Origin: Patescibacteria group bacterium | GTDB taxonomy: Bacteria; Patescibacteriota; Patescibacteriia; UBA1558; GWA2-36-10 | Reading direction: 5' to 3' | Assembly: GCA_028718865.1 (NCBI GenBank) | Contig: JAQUKX010000001.1 | Coordinates: 67-64,066, forward strand | Length of the DNA: 64,000 nt | The notes under the pieces: model-generated | Databases searched by the model: none | Seen by the model: only the letters and a program-made list of their open reading frames with translations | Told to the model about the DNA's origin: nothing | Shown here: piece after piece, positions 1 through 9,679 of the stretch | Layout of the letters: each line of letters begins with the position of its first letter | Numbering within the stretch: the first letter of the stretch is position 1 | Program-made: the position numbers and the translations under genes

Positions 1-455
1 TTGCGATCCTCTTCATCAGTAAACAAACGACGTTGGTCTATTACCGAGCTATCAATATCAATAAAATCTTCAGTAACAGCAAAAATCAAAGGCCGCTTGG
101 TATTGCCTTCCCAAGCCAAAACTTCCTGGGCAGTAATAGCTGAATAAGCCTTGTCTATATAAGGCAAAGCCAAAATATCATGACGGTCTTTTTCCGTCAT
201 TGTAGTAATGACAATGCCCTGCACCTGTCCGACCGCTCCCCCGCTGGAGCTAGGCACTCTTACTTCCGCTTGTATCATATCCGAACCAAAACTGGCCATC
301 TGATCATAGACCAATTTTTCCATGCTTTCACCAGCCGAAATTATAACTGTCACTGAAGAAATACCTATGACCACACCCAAAATAGTAAGCAGAGTTCTTA
401 ACCTGTTTTTCTTCAAAGCCCCAATAGAAATTTTTAAAACATCATTTACTCGCAT
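1..455 (-). CDS. ABC transporter permease, MacB/FtsX family (3' end outside window)
   Basis: Manual translation from ATG at 455: MRVNDVLKISIGALKKNRLRTLLTILGVVIGISSVTVIISAGES..., the typical MacB N-terminal 'RTxLTxLGxxIGI' motif; runs off the left edge. Confidence 0.85.
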   Translation of the reverse strand, partial: MRVNDVLKISIGALKKNRLRTLLTILGVVIGISSVTVIISAGESMEKLVYDQMASFGSDMIQAEVRVPSSSGGAVGQVQGIVITTMTEKDRHDILALPYIDKAYSAITAQEVLAWEGNTKRPLIFAVTEDFIDIDSSVIDQRRLFTDEEDR

Positions 456-460
456 TTTAT

Positions 461-1702
461 TTATTCATAACGCAAGGCGTCTATAGGATCTAACTTGGCT
501 GCTTTTTGCGCCGGATACCAGCCAAAAGCCAAAGCTACCAGCAAAGTAAAGGAAGTGGCTAAAATAATAGAAGATAAAGGAATGATAAATTCCCAGTCAT
601 AGCCCAAAGCTTTGGCTATCACGCTAATTAAAAAAGAAATAAAAATACCGCTAAATATGCCTATTATTCCGCCCAAAGCTGTCAATATCAAAGTCTGGAT
701 AAGAAAATGCCGGCTAATATCCCGACGCCTGGCGCCAACAGCTTTGCGCAAACCAATTTCTCTAGTGCTTTCTGAAACCGACACCAGCATGATATTCATA
801 ATACCAATACCGCCCACCAACAAAGAAATAGCCGCCACTGCCCCCAAAAAATAATTAAGAGCATTGGTAATATCAGTCAAAACATCCAGACCCTGTTCAG
901 CCGAACGCACAGAAAAATCATCATCTTTGGGATCATCAATATTGTGCCGGTCTCTCAAAATCGCCTCTACTTCTGCTACCACCACATCTGCATCGGCTCC
1001 TGGCGCTATTTTGGCGCGGGCAAAACTCAAATAATTGATTCCCAGCATTATTCTCTGGGCAGTGGCTATAGGAATAAAAACCTGATCATCCTGATTTTGA
1101 AAACCGACCATACCCCTTTCTTTCATTACTCCTATTATTCGAAAGGTTTCGTCATTTATCCTTATCCGCTCGCCCAGAGGATTGACATTGCCAAAAAGAT
1201 CAGTAGCCACCAAAGAGCCTATGACCGCTACTCTAGCCAAGCTGCGATCATCTTCTTCAGAAAAAAAATAACCACTGGCTACTTCCGCGCCGGTTTCTAC
1301 TCGAAGATAATTCGGTGAAACGCCCAAAAAACTGCTGTCTCGCGATTTATTTTGCCAGTTCAAAATAGCTACGCCTCGGACATAGCCAGTGGCAGCGATT
1401 ATTTCCGGCACTTGGCTCTCTATGGCTCTGATATCATCATTGACCAAAGTAGTGATGTTTATGCCCATCACTGCAGCCGGCGGACCGCTATCATCGCTAG
1501 CTCCAGGCAAAATACCCAAGAGATCCACCCCTATACCCTCTACCTGCTTAAAAACCAAATTCTGCGCGCCAGCACCGCCAGACATGATAATAATCACTGA
1601 GGAAATGCCAATGATAATGCCCAAAGACGTCAAAAAAGAGCGCATCTTGTGAGCTTTTAGGGTTTTAAAGATTTGAGAATAATAAGACAAATCCAGTAGC
1701 AT
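461..1702 (-). CDS. ABC transporter permease, MacB/FtsX family
   Basis: RSFLTSLGIIIGISSV; VGGIGIMNIMLVSVSESTREIGLRKAVGA; C-terminal PAQKAAKLDPIDALRYE. Confidence 0.95.
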   Translation of the reverse strand: MLLDLSYYSQIFKTLKAHKMRSFLTSLGIIIGISSVIIIMSGGAGAQNLVFKQVEGIGVDLLGILPGASDDSGPPAAVMGINITTLVNDDIRAIESQVPEIIAATGYVRGVAILNWQNKSRDSSFLGVSPNYLRVETGAEVASGYFFSEEDDRSLARVAVIGSLVATDLFGNVNPLGERIRINDETFRIIGVMKERGMVGFQNQDDQVFIPIATAQRIMLGINYLSFARAKIAPGADADVVVAEVEAILRDRHNIDDPKDDDFSVRSAEQGLDVLTDITNALNYFLGAVAAISLLVGGIGIMNIMLVSVSESTREIGLRKAVGARRRDISRHFLIQTLILTALGGIIGIFSGIFISFLISVIAKALGYDWEFIIPLSSIILATSFTLLVALAFGWYPAQKAAKLDPIDALRYE

Positions 1703-1703
1703 G

Positions 1704-2414
1704 CTATTTTAAATTTCCATTTAGAGTCTGGGCGTCAATAATGTCTTTGTTGACTTCATCGCTGATAATCTGGCCGTCTTTTATTTTTATAATCCGATGC
1801 GAATAGCGGGCTGTGGCGTTTTCGTGGGTGACCAAAATCACTGTTTTGCCCATCTTGTTGAGTGAATCCAAAATCGCCATGATTTGAATGCCTGACTTGG
1901 AATCAAGATTGCCCGTTGGCTCATCAGCAAAAATAATCTCCGGATTATTGACCAAAGCGCGAGCAATAGCTACCCGTTGTTTTTCACCGCCTGATAGCTG
2001 ATTGGAAAGATAATCACGCCTATGTTCCAGATCAACGCTTTTGATAGCTTTGTCTACGTCTTTGAAATTGACCTTGTCTCGACTATAGAGCAAAGGCAGA
2101 CGGACATTTTCCCAAACACTGGTTTTGGGCAGTAGATTGAAGCTCTGAAAAACAAAACCGACTTTTTTGTTGCGATAAGAAGCCAAAGTATCATCGTCAA
2201 ATTGACTGACGTCTTTGTTGTCGAAATAATAATGCCCACTGCTAATATTATCCAAAAATCCCAAGATGTGCATCAAAGTAGACTTGCCTGATCCCGACGG
2301 TCCCATAATAGCCAAAAACTCGCCTCTTTTTATTTTGAGATTTATTTTATGCAGGACTTTGGTTACTACTTCACCGCTGACAAACTCCTTGTAAACATCT
2401 TTTAGCTCTATCAT
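1704..2414 (-). CDS. ABC transporter ATP-binding protein (MacB/LolD-like)
   Basis: Walker [10 protein letters not shown], signature [22 protein letters not shown]-loop VTHE. Confidence 0.96.
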   Translation of the reverse strand: MIELKDVYKEFVSGEVVTKVLHKINLKIKRGEFLAIMGPSGSGKSTLMHILGFLDNISSGHYYFDNKDVSQFDDDTLASYRNKKVGFVFQSFNLLPKTSVWENVRLPLLYSRDKVNFKDVDKAIKSVDLEHRRDYLSNQLSGGEKQRVAIARALVNNPEIIFADEPTGNLDSKSGIQIMAILDSLNKMGKTVILVTHENATARYSHRIIKIKDGQIISDEVNKDIIDAQTLNGNLK

Positions 2415-2455
2415 ATGGCTAATGGCTTATGGCTTATGGCTTATGGCTAATGGCC
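2414..2455. repeat. Heptamer tandem repeat (W)ATGGCT x6
   Basis: tatggct aatggct tatggct tatggct tatggct aatggcc fills the spacer directly in front of the ATPase start codon. Confidence 0.9.
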
Positions 2456-2465
2456 TATAGTAAAT

Positions 2466-4121
2466 TTAATTTCTAATATAAGTAATGACTTCCTCGCCAG
2501 CTTTGACGCCTGAAATTATCTCTACCAAACCGCCATCGCCTCTTAGTCCCACCACCACCTCTTTTTCTGCTAATTGGCCATTTTCCAAAACTTGAATATA
2601 CCTTTTATCTTCTCGGAAAATCACTGAACGGGAAGGAGCCAAAACGACATTTTCTCGGCTGTCAGTCCTGATTCTTAAATCAGCCGTCATGCCTGGCTTG
2701 ATACGCTCGTCTTCTTTGGCAAAGCTAATAGTAGTGCGGAAATAAACTACGCCTTCACTGCGGGTCGAAGCTGGATCAATAAAAGTGACTATACCGGCGA
2801 ATTTTTCCTGACTGGAAAAAGCATCCAAAATGATTTCTACTTCATCGCCAATTTTGAGCTTGACGATGTCCGACTCTGGAACATCTACTCTGATTTCCAT
2901 CTCACTTAGTCCAATGATGGAAATAAAGCTCTGACCAGCCAAAGCTTGCTCACCTCTACTCAAGTCCGCTTTAGTCACTACGCCATCAACCGGTGATCTT
3001 AAAATTGTCTCGTTATAATCGCTGGAAACCCGCGACAGAGATGCTTCGGCTTGCCTGACTCTGGCCTGGGCAGCTTCAATTTGAAAATCCCGTGGCGGCG
3101 ACTTCTTCAGCTCCAAACGCGCCTCAATCAAGTTCATATTCATCAAAGCCAACTCCAGGCTATTTTGCGCATCACTCAAACTATTTTTATAATGCAAATC
3201 CCGACCGCGGATATCGGCGGCAGCAGCGGTGATAGCACTGCTAGCTGCTCCTACAGCCGAACTCTGAACATTGATGCTTGATTTATAATTTTCTATAGCC
3301 GCCGTAGTGTAAACACCATTGACAATAGTTGCCTGCATTACTTCAAAAGTCCTAGACAAAGTAAAAGCCGTACTGTCAGCTGCCTGACCAAGGGCATCCA
3401 AAGCTGTCAAAATATCAAGCTGACTGCGGGTGTTTTGAGCTCGGTCAAAATCTGTCTTGGCTACTTGATACAAGTTGTTGGTATTTTGATAAGCGCTTTT
3501 AGCCTGACTCAGAGCTGTGATATCACTGACATAGAGATCACGCTGGGCATCAGAGCTCAAAATAGCCTGAGAAACCAAATTCAAAGAGTAATTGACTACA
3601 AAAAGCTTATCAGTCAAAACTGCCAAAGCTTTTTGGCGCAAAGTTTCCATTTCCTGATCACGACTTCTCTGTAAATTGCCAATAGAATCTTGGGCAGCCT
3701 GATAAGAAGTCTGCGCACTGGCTAACTCCTGCTCAGTCACCCTTATATCCTCAGCGCTGGCGCCGGCTAAAAGCTCAGCCAAATTAGCCCGAGCCAAAGA
3801 CACATTGGCCTGGGCATCTGCTACTTGAGAAGCAGCTGCTCCGGCTGATAAGCTGGCCAGCACTTGGCCGGCCTCTACTTGATCGCCGACTTTGACATTT
3901 ACTTCCCGCAAAGTGCCGCTACGGCCAAAGCTAAGATTGATTTCTTCAGCTGCTCGGACTGAACCGCTGATTTCCACAGTTTGGGTCAAATCACCGATTA
4001 TTACTTTTTCCGTCACATAATTACTTTCTTCTTTGGCCAGAAAACGAGACAGACCAAAGCCCAAAATAACCAATAAAATCACTGACCAAATCCAAAACTT
4101 TTTCTTTTTGAAAAATTTCAT
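2466..4121 (-). CDS. Efflux RND/MacA-type membrane fusion adaptor
   Basis: N-terminal TM, lipoyl halves (VNVKVGDQVEAGQVLASL; ILRSPVDGVV), long coiled coil, IKPGMTA; adjacent to ABC genes. Confidence 0.9.
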   Translation of the reverse strand: MKFFKKKKFWIWSVILLVILGFGLSRFLAKEESNYVTEKVIIGDLTQTVEISGSVRAAEEINLSFGRSGTLREVNVKVGDQVEAGQVLASLSAGAAASQVADAQANVSLARANLAELLAGASAEDIRVTEQELASAQTSYQAAQDSIGNLQRSRDQEMETLRQKALAVLTDKLFVVNYSLNLVSQAILSSDAQRDLYVSDITALSQAKSAYQNTNNLYQVAKTDFDRAQNTRSQLDILTALDALGQAADSTAFTLSRTFEVMQATIVNGVYTTAAIENYKSSINVQSSAVGAASSAITAAAADIRGRDLHYKNSLSDAQNSLELALMNMNLIEARLELKKSPPRDFQIEAAQARVRQAEASLSRVSSDYNETILRSPVDGVVTKADLSRGEQALAGQSFISIIGLSEMEIRVDVPESDIVKLKIGDEVEIILDAFSSQEKFAGIVTFIDPASTRSEGVVYFRTTISFAKEDERIKPGMTADLRIRTDSRENVVLAPSRSVIFREDKRYIQVLENGQLAEKEVVVGLRGDGGLVEIISGVKAGEEVITYIRN

Positions 4122-4165
4122 AATTATACTTAAACACTGCTAAAAAATATCTTCAATATCCTTAT

Positions 4166-4195
4166 ATTATAGCGCAAATCAGCAAAAATTGCCAA
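4166..4195 (-). promoter_or_regulatory. Putative sigma70 promoter of the ABC exporter operon
   Basis: Minus strand TTGGCA-N18-TATAAT about 45 bp upstream of the adaptor start. Confidence 0.5.
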
Positions 4196-4196
4196 A

Positions 4197-4226
4197 CAAC
4201 CCAGCCCTTCGCGAAGGGCTGGGTTG
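4197..4226 (-). terminator. Intrinsic terminator after the pilin cluster
   Basis: Perfect 30-bp palindrome CAACCCAGCCCTTCGCGAAGGGCTGGGTTG with a T-rich tail on minus. Confidence 0.75.
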
Positions 4227-4254
4227 GGCTAGGTGTTTTCAAAAAAGTTATTTT

Positions 4255-4785
4255 TTAGCGGACAACACTAATAGGATTTGTTGGAGCAGTGCCATAAGTA
4301 GTGCAGGCACCTACTGTTATTACTCCCGTAGAGCTTCTACTAAAATAATAACCTGTGCCTGTGCCTGCTACCAATGTGCCACCACCAGGATCTGTAGGAA
4401 TTTGACCAAGATAACCTTCATCTACCAAATCTTTCAAGTGTACAGAGGCTGTTGTAGTGGCATAACCTGAATTAGCAAAACCGCAATTATTATCAGCAGC
4501 TGCAAAACCATTTGTAATATGATAAATACCGCCATCGGCAACAGCTGCTCCAGTTGTCAGAGTTGTTGTTGGAGCAGAACCGCCATTGTCAGCCACATAC
4601 AGCGCCCAAGCGCTGGCAATAGAGGTCACATCAGCCCATCTCTGGGCATCATTGGCTTCACCAATACGACGAGCCGGGTTAATGGCCACAAAAGTAGCTC
4701 CTGCCAAAAGGGCAATAATAGCTACAACGATGATAAGTTCTATCAAAGTAAAACCTTTTTTATTAAAAGATTTTTTCATAATCAT
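4255..4785 (-). CDS. Type IV pilin (major-pilin-like), copy 3
   Basis: Class III signal KKG/FTLIELIIVVAII with E5; two Cys; YLGQIPTDP motif. Confidence 0.92.
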   Translation of the reverse strand: MIMKKSFNKKGFTLIELIIVVAIIALLAGATFVAINPARRIGEANDAQRWADVTSIASAWALYVADNGGSAPTTTLTTGAAVADGGIYHITNGFAAADNNCGFANSGYATTTASVHLKDLVDEGYLGQIPTDPGGGTLVAGTGTGYYFSRSSTGVITVGACTTYGTAPTNPISVVR

Positions 4786-4811
4786 CTTTATTAATAATTT
4801 AGTTTATATTT

Positions 4812-5300
4812 TTAGCGGGTAACCTGAATAACTACGTTTTCATAACTAACACAAGCGCCTACTTTTATAACTCCATTGGCATCAGCGTATAAATAATAAC
4901 CCGTACTATCCGCTGTAAAACCGCCTAATGGATCAGATGGTATTGCTCCTAAATAACCTTCTGACACTAGAGTGCTCAAATCTAAATAAGCGTCGGTGGT
5001 GGTAGCATGTGGGGTGGCAACTGCGCAATGCGTAGAACCGCTTCCTCCACTAGTTATTTGATAAGTAGTGCCAGGATTAGCTACTGCCGGAGCAGTACCT
5101 CCTTCATCAGCCACATAAAGAGCCCAAGCGCTAGCAATAGAAGTCACATCCGCCCATCTTTGGGCATTATTGGCTTCACCGATACGACGAGCCGGGTTGA
5201 TAGCCACAAAAGTAGCACCTGCCAAGAGGGCAATGATAGCTACCACGATGATAAGCTCTATCAAAGTAAAGCCTTTATTTTTTTTCAAAATTTTTTTCAT
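4812..5300 (-). CDS. Type IV pilin (major-pilin-like), copy 2
   Basis: NKG/FTLIELIIVVAII; YLGAIPSDP; two Cys. Confidence 0.92.
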   Translation of the reverse strand: MKKILKKNKGFTLIELIIVVAIIALLAGATFVAINPARRIGEANNAQRWADVTSIASAWALYVADEGGTAPAVANPGTTYQITSGGSGSTHCAVATPHATTTDAYLDLSTLVSEGYLGAIPSDPLGGFTADSTGYYLYADANGVIKVGACVSYENVVIQVTR

Positions 5301-5334
5301 TTTTCTATACTTAATAATTTATCTATAATATATT

Positions 5335-5814
5335 TTAACGCATGACTTCTATAGGACCGCCAGCATAAGCGCTGGTATAGCAAGCGCCTATTCTCAATAC
5401 TCCATCATCCATGCGCAGATAATAGGCAGTGCGCGGACTAGTGGTGGCCGGATCACTAGGTATCTGGCCAATATAGCCGCCACTAATCAAGGAGCTAAGG
5501 TCTAAATATTGAACAGTGCTGGTAGCATCAGTGCCGTCAACACAATGACTAACCGGACTGGGAGTAATTGCTCCTCTGATTTGATAAACAACACCCGAGC
5601 TTAGAGAGGCTGGAAGCTCTCCGTAATTATCAGTCACATAAAGAGCCCAGGCATTGGCTACAGCCGTGATGTCAGTCCATCTTTGGGCATCATTGGCTTC
5701 ACCAATACGCTTGGCTGGGTTGAGAGCCACAAAAGTAGCGCCCGCCAAGAGGGCAATAATGGCTACCACGATTATAAGTTCTATCAAAGTAAAACCCTGT
5801 CTTTGTTTAATCAT
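5335..5814 (-). CDS. Type IV pilin (major-pilin-like), copy 1
   Basis: RQG/FTLIELIIVVAII; YIGQIPSDP; two Cys. Confidence 0.92.
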   Translation of the reverse strand: MIKQRQGFTLIELIIVVAIIALLAGATFVALNPAKRIGEANDAQRWTDITAVANAWALYVTDNYGELPASLSSGVVYQIRGAITPSPVSHCVDGTDATSTVQYLDLSSLISGGYIGQIPSDPATTSPRTAYYLRMDDGVLRIGACYTSAYAGGPIEVMR

Positions 5815-5876
5815 AAAATATTAACAATTCCAAATTTATCCAAAATATATATAAATATCAAAAAGATTACAGACTG

Positions 5877-5905
5877 ATTATAGCATATTTTACTTTTAGC
5901 GCCAA
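5877..5905 (-). promoter_or_regulatory. Internal sigma70 promoter for the three pilins
   Basis: Minus strand TTGGCG-N17-TATAAT with extended -10 (TGc TATAAT), just after the PilM stop. Confidence 0.6.
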
Positions 5906-7681
5906 CTAATTGGGCAAAACAAGCTGAAAATTGAACAAAGCACCATCAGCCGAAACACTATAATTGAGCAACTCATAAGGCTGCTCGGTCAAACGATTCA
6001 AATCTCCAGCCAAAACTCTCCAGTCAGAATCTAGAACCAATAAATCGGCTAATTTCTCCCAAGAAAACACCAGAAACTGGTAACGAAAAGTAGCCAAGAC
6101 CGTGCTCTGGCCAATGACAAAATCATCTTCCTGGGGATTGGCTTGGACTATCTCATAATCCAAAACCAAAGGCGCCAGGCCGTATTTGCTTTTATCCACA
6201 TAGGCGTCCAGATTGCCCAGAACCTGGCTTCTAGCTTCCTGCTCCATCAAATCCATCAGCTCATAATAATCCGCTTGCGGGTCGCTTTTATATCTATTGA
6301 TACTCACATGATGATATTCTCCCAAAATAAAATTGCTCCGGCTATTGTCAGGATTGCTACCCACAGTAAAATTGAATTGACCGGACGTTGGCGCTGGCCT
6401 GACTGGCTGCTCTAGAGATGGCGCTGGCAACTGGACCAAAGGAGATTTGCTTTGGAAAATAGAATAAATATGATCGCGAAAAACCAAAAGCAAAATTGCC
6501 AAAAGCAGCAAAAGCAAAAAGGCAAAATTGCGCCTTCTCAGCAGCCGGCTTTTGGCTTTTGACCAAAAAGAATCCGCCTGCTTCTGATCATCTAGCTCTT
6601 CATCATCAGTCAAAGCCGAACTGCCTTTTGGCTGGTCGGGCTTAATAACAACAAAAGATAGCTCTGGTTTTTGGTAAGCCAAAACCGCCAAACCCAAAGC
6701 ATTGATATATTTGACAGCAGAGATATCCGAGGGCAAATCTCGACTGTCAATCAAACTGGAGCCGACATAAGCCGGCAAAGATAAATTTTCACCAAAGTAC
6801 TTATCCAAGCCTTTCATCTGAGCCAATCCTCCTATCAAAACCACCTGCTCTATCGGCGCCTGATTTTGGCTATTGTAGTAGGCAATAAAAATCTTGAGCT
6901 CGTCAGCCAAAGGCTGTAGCTGCCCTTGGATAACCAGCATGGTCTGACCATCATCTACAGCTGTCAAGCCAATATTTCTTTTTTTGTCTTCAGCTGTTGT
7001 ATAAGAAACCCCCAATCTGTTGACCAAGGCCTGATTAATGGCATTACCACCGATATTGATATTGATGCTTTCTCTGATGCCATTTTTATTAAAAATACTG
7101 GCAATAGTGGTGCGAGCTCCCAAATCCAAAAGCAAAGTAACGCTCTTTTTATAATCCCCGGCCAAGCCGACAAAAGAGCTGACTGCCTCCGGTACAATTG
7201 ACTCTATAGCCAAGCCCAGCTCGGCAAAGACAGCGGAAAAATCAGCCAGCACATCAGCCGGACAGGCAAAAAATAAAACTTCTTTATTGCCGTTTTTAGC
7301 TGGCAAAAATTTCAAAGCAATTTTCAGCTGATCAAAAGCATAGGGAACAAAACTCTCCGCTTGATTGTAAACCGCGCTGACAATTTCTTTTTCTTTGAGA
7401 TTTTTGGGCAGAGAAAAAACCTTGGAGAAAATTTTGGATTGAGGAATAGATATTATCACCTTATTGTATTTTTCCATTGAAGATAAGCTGGCATTTTTGA
7501 GTAATGCCGCCAGTGCTTCTTTGAGCCGTGCTCTGTCCAAAATCCTACCGTCCTCCACTATCTCGGGTGACAGCCGGAAGCGGGAATAAGTTTTGAGCTT
7601 AAAACCATTTTTTTTCTTATCCAAAACCACCGCTTCTATGGAAAAATCAGAAATATCAATGCCGATAATTTCTTTGGCCAT
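5906..7681 (-). CDS. pilM: PilM-type pilus assembly protein with fused TM helix and C-terminal extracytoplasmic domain
   Basis: Actin-like motifs IGIDISDFSIEAV, LLDLGARTT, VVLIGGLAQMKGL; then TM (FAFLLLLLLAILLLVF) and ~190 further residues. Confidence 0.8.
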   Translation of the reverse strand: MAKEIIGIDISDFSIEAVVLDKKKNGFKLKTYSRFRLSPEIVEDGRILDRARLKEALAALLKNASLSSMEKYNKVIISIPQSKIFSKVFSLPKNLKEKEIVSAVYNQAESFVPYAFDQLKIALKFLPAKNGNKEVLFFACPADVLADFSAVFAELGLAIESIVPEAVSSFVGLAGDYKKSVTLLLDLGARTTIASIFNKNGIRESININIGGNAINQALVNRLGVSYTTAEDKKRNIGLTAVDDGQTMLVIQGQLQPLADELKIFIAYYNSQNQAPIEQVVLIGGLAQMKGLDKYFGENLSLPAYVGSSLIDSRDLPSDISAVKYINALGLAVLAYQKPELSFVVIKPDQPKGSSALTDDEELDDQKQADSFWSKAKSRLLRRRNFAFLLLLLLAILLLVFRDHIYSIFQSKSPLVQLPAPSLEQPVRPAPTSGQFNFTVGSNPDNSRSNFILGEYHHVSINRYKSDPQADYYELMDLMEQEARSQVLGNLDAYVDKSKYGLAPLVLDYEIVQANPQEDDFVIGQSTVLATFRYQFLVFSWEKLADLLVLDSDWRVLAGDLNRLTEQPYELLNYSVSADGALFNFQLVLPN

Positions 7682-7702
7682 AATAAATAATAATTTATAT
7701 CT

Positions 7703-8797
7703 TTATTCTACTACAGTTATATTCAAATACATAGAGTAGTCGCCAGCGTATTCGTAAGATCTGATAGAAAGCTCTCGGCTATAGCCTGCTCCTGGATCTT
7801 CCACACCTATGAGAAATCTGGTTTTGCCGGTCTTGTTGATATAAGCCAATTGGCCTGATGTCAGTTTATAAAAATACCAGCCGGCTGATAAAAAAGTGCC
7901 ATTGTGGATAATATGCCACTGACTACCGGAAAAAACCTGAATATAAAAAGTCTTGGTCGGTTGAGCGGTCTTGGGCGGAGCACCGGTAGTATAATCATGC
8001 AAATATAAATAAAGATCCGCTTCCAAGATAACTGCATCATCTGACAAAGCACTGGTATTGATATCAGCATAAGAAAAAGAAGTGACCGCTGGCTCAAAAA
8101 CGGCATTATAGGTTGCCAATAGCGTTGTGGCATCATCAACTGTTCCTTGAGTAGTGTGCACATACCAATCATCACTGCCAGCAGCTATCTGATAATCATA
8201 GATTGGACACTCGCCGCAATCCTCTGGACAAGTCTGGCAATTTTCCTCTCCATTACAGCTGGCATCGCCGCAATAAGCCGACGATACATAATCAGGCAAG
8301 GCTGCGCGAGCAGTGAGCTCTAGAGCTGTGCCATAGCTCTGGCAGGCGCCAAAGACAATCTGTCTATCCCCTTGACGGCTGATATAATAGCCCGAGTCTA
8401 GAGCTGATTCTTTGCTTGGATCAACTGGCAAGCTGGAGAGATAATTTGTTAAAAAATCACCACTGACCACTACGCAAGACAAGTTCTGACCGTCACAGCT
8501 CAAAGTCGCAGCACTGGAACATAATACCCGCTTTTCTCCTTGAGCCAAGTCTTCCAAATCAAAAAACTCCGGCAGCTCGTCATTGTCTAATTGATAAAGC
8601 TCTATAGCTCGAGAAATTCTGGCCAAGTCTTCGACTCTTTTGGCATCTTGGGCTTTGCCAATTTTATCTTCAGAATTGACTGATAAAAAGACTACTAGGG
8701 AAACAATAGCCAAAATCGCGACTGCCAATACCACCTCCATCAGTCCAAAGGCCTGGCGATTTTCAATTATTTTATTTTTCTTGCTATATTTTTTCAT
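7703..8797 (-). CDS. Pilin-like protein with Cys-rich linker and C-terminal beta-rich domain
   Basis: QA/FGLMEVVLAVAIL prepilin motif; YLSSLPVDP...GYY...GAC as in the major pilins; CGDASCNGEENCQTCPEDCGEC. Confidence 0.8.
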   Translation of the reverse strand: MKKYSKKNKIIENRQAFGLMEVVLAVAILAIVSLVVFLSVNSEDKIGKAQDAKRVEDLARISRAIELYQLDNDELPEFFDLEDLAQGEKRVLCSSAATLSCDGQNLSCVVVSGDFLTNYLSSLPVDPSKESALDSGYYISRQGDRQIVFGACQSYGTALELTARAALPDYVSSAYCGDASCNGEENCQTCPEDCGECPIYDYQIAAGSDDWYVHTTQGTVDDATTLLATYNAVFEPAVTSFSYADINTSALSDDAVILEADLYLYLHDYTTGAPPKTAQPTKTFYIQVFSGSQWHIIHNGTFLSAGWYFYKLTSGQLAYINKTGKTRFLIGVEDPGAGYSRELSIRSYEYAGDYSMYLNITVVE

Positions 8798-8806
8798 ATA
8801 TTTTAT

Positions 8807-9655
8807 TTATAAACATAAATTGGTACAGATAGTACAGCCTTGGCAATATGTTTCACGATTACAACCGACCGGAAAAGTATAACATTGATTGCCCGCGTCA
8901 CTTCCAGTATAATCACAAGTTTCATTTCTAGTAACATAGCCTGAGCAAGTGCTGTTGCAAAAATTGCCGTTCTGTACTATACCGTCTCCGCAAGAGCCGG
9001 CATTTTGTGGTGGATCGCAAACCTCTGGGGCTTGTACTGTACTATCACCGCAAGATCCCTCATAAGGCACGCCTGCCGTACAAGCCATCTCACAGGACTC
9101 ATTGCAGGAAAGAGCGCCTCCCAAAGAACAGCTCCATCCGGACAAGCCGCTGGGGTCAGCTGATCCGTCGCATTCCTCTGTTTGCTCATCCCAAACACCA
9201 TCGCCACAATAGCCGGCCGAACTAGCCGAGGCATAAGCTGATTGATCATTTTTGTAGCTATAGACTGAAATAGGCGTAGAAGAGACATTGATTGTGGCAA
9301 TAACCGAGCTTTGCCAAAAGCCAAGCGAAGAAGTACTGCTGGCTGAAAGCAAAACTTCTTTTAAGCCGGACATTATCTCAGTGGCAATTTCATAATCGCA
9401 GTCTATGCCTATCCCCGCCAAAGAAAAATAACCTGCTTCAGCATAATCCGATGATAAGCGCAGCAGAGCTTCATCCAAACAAGCTGCCAGCTTAGCCTCC
9501 ACCATCGCTCTTTCACTGATCTGATAATCTGCTTGGCTGTCGGAAATATTAATCAAAGAAATAGATACTGCTGCCAGAAGAGTAAGCGCTGTGATCATTA
9601 TCACCATTATCAAAGCAATTGCTCCTTGATTTTTTATTTTTATAAACTCAAGCAT
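8807..9655 (-). CDS. PilX-like minor pilin with Cys-rich (CGDG) repeats
   Basis: NQG/AIALIMVIMI prepilin motif lacking E5 (PilX/GspK trait); repeated CGDG..EeCD units. Confidence 0.75.
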   Translation of the reverse strand: MLEFIKIKNQGAIALIMVIMITALTLLAAVSISLINISDSQADYQISERAMVEAKLAACLDEALLRLSSDYAEAGYFSLAGIGIDCDYEIATEIMSGLKEVLLSASSTSSLGFWQSSVIATINVSSTPISVYSYKNDQSAYASASSAGYCGDGVWDEQTEECDGSADPSGLSGWSCSLGGALSCNESCEMACTAGVPYEGSCGDSTVQAPEVCDPPQNAGSCGDGIVQNGNFCNSTCSGYVTRNETCDYTGSDAGNQCYTFPVGCNRETYCQGCTICTNLCL

Positions 9656-9679
9656 AAGTATATTTATTTGTTTATTTTA

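Noticed and set aside
4255-5814. Neisseria-style pilE/pilS silent-cassette antigenic variation or a shufflon
   Set aside because: All three pilins have complete signal peptides and starts, and there is no recombinase or inverted crossover site
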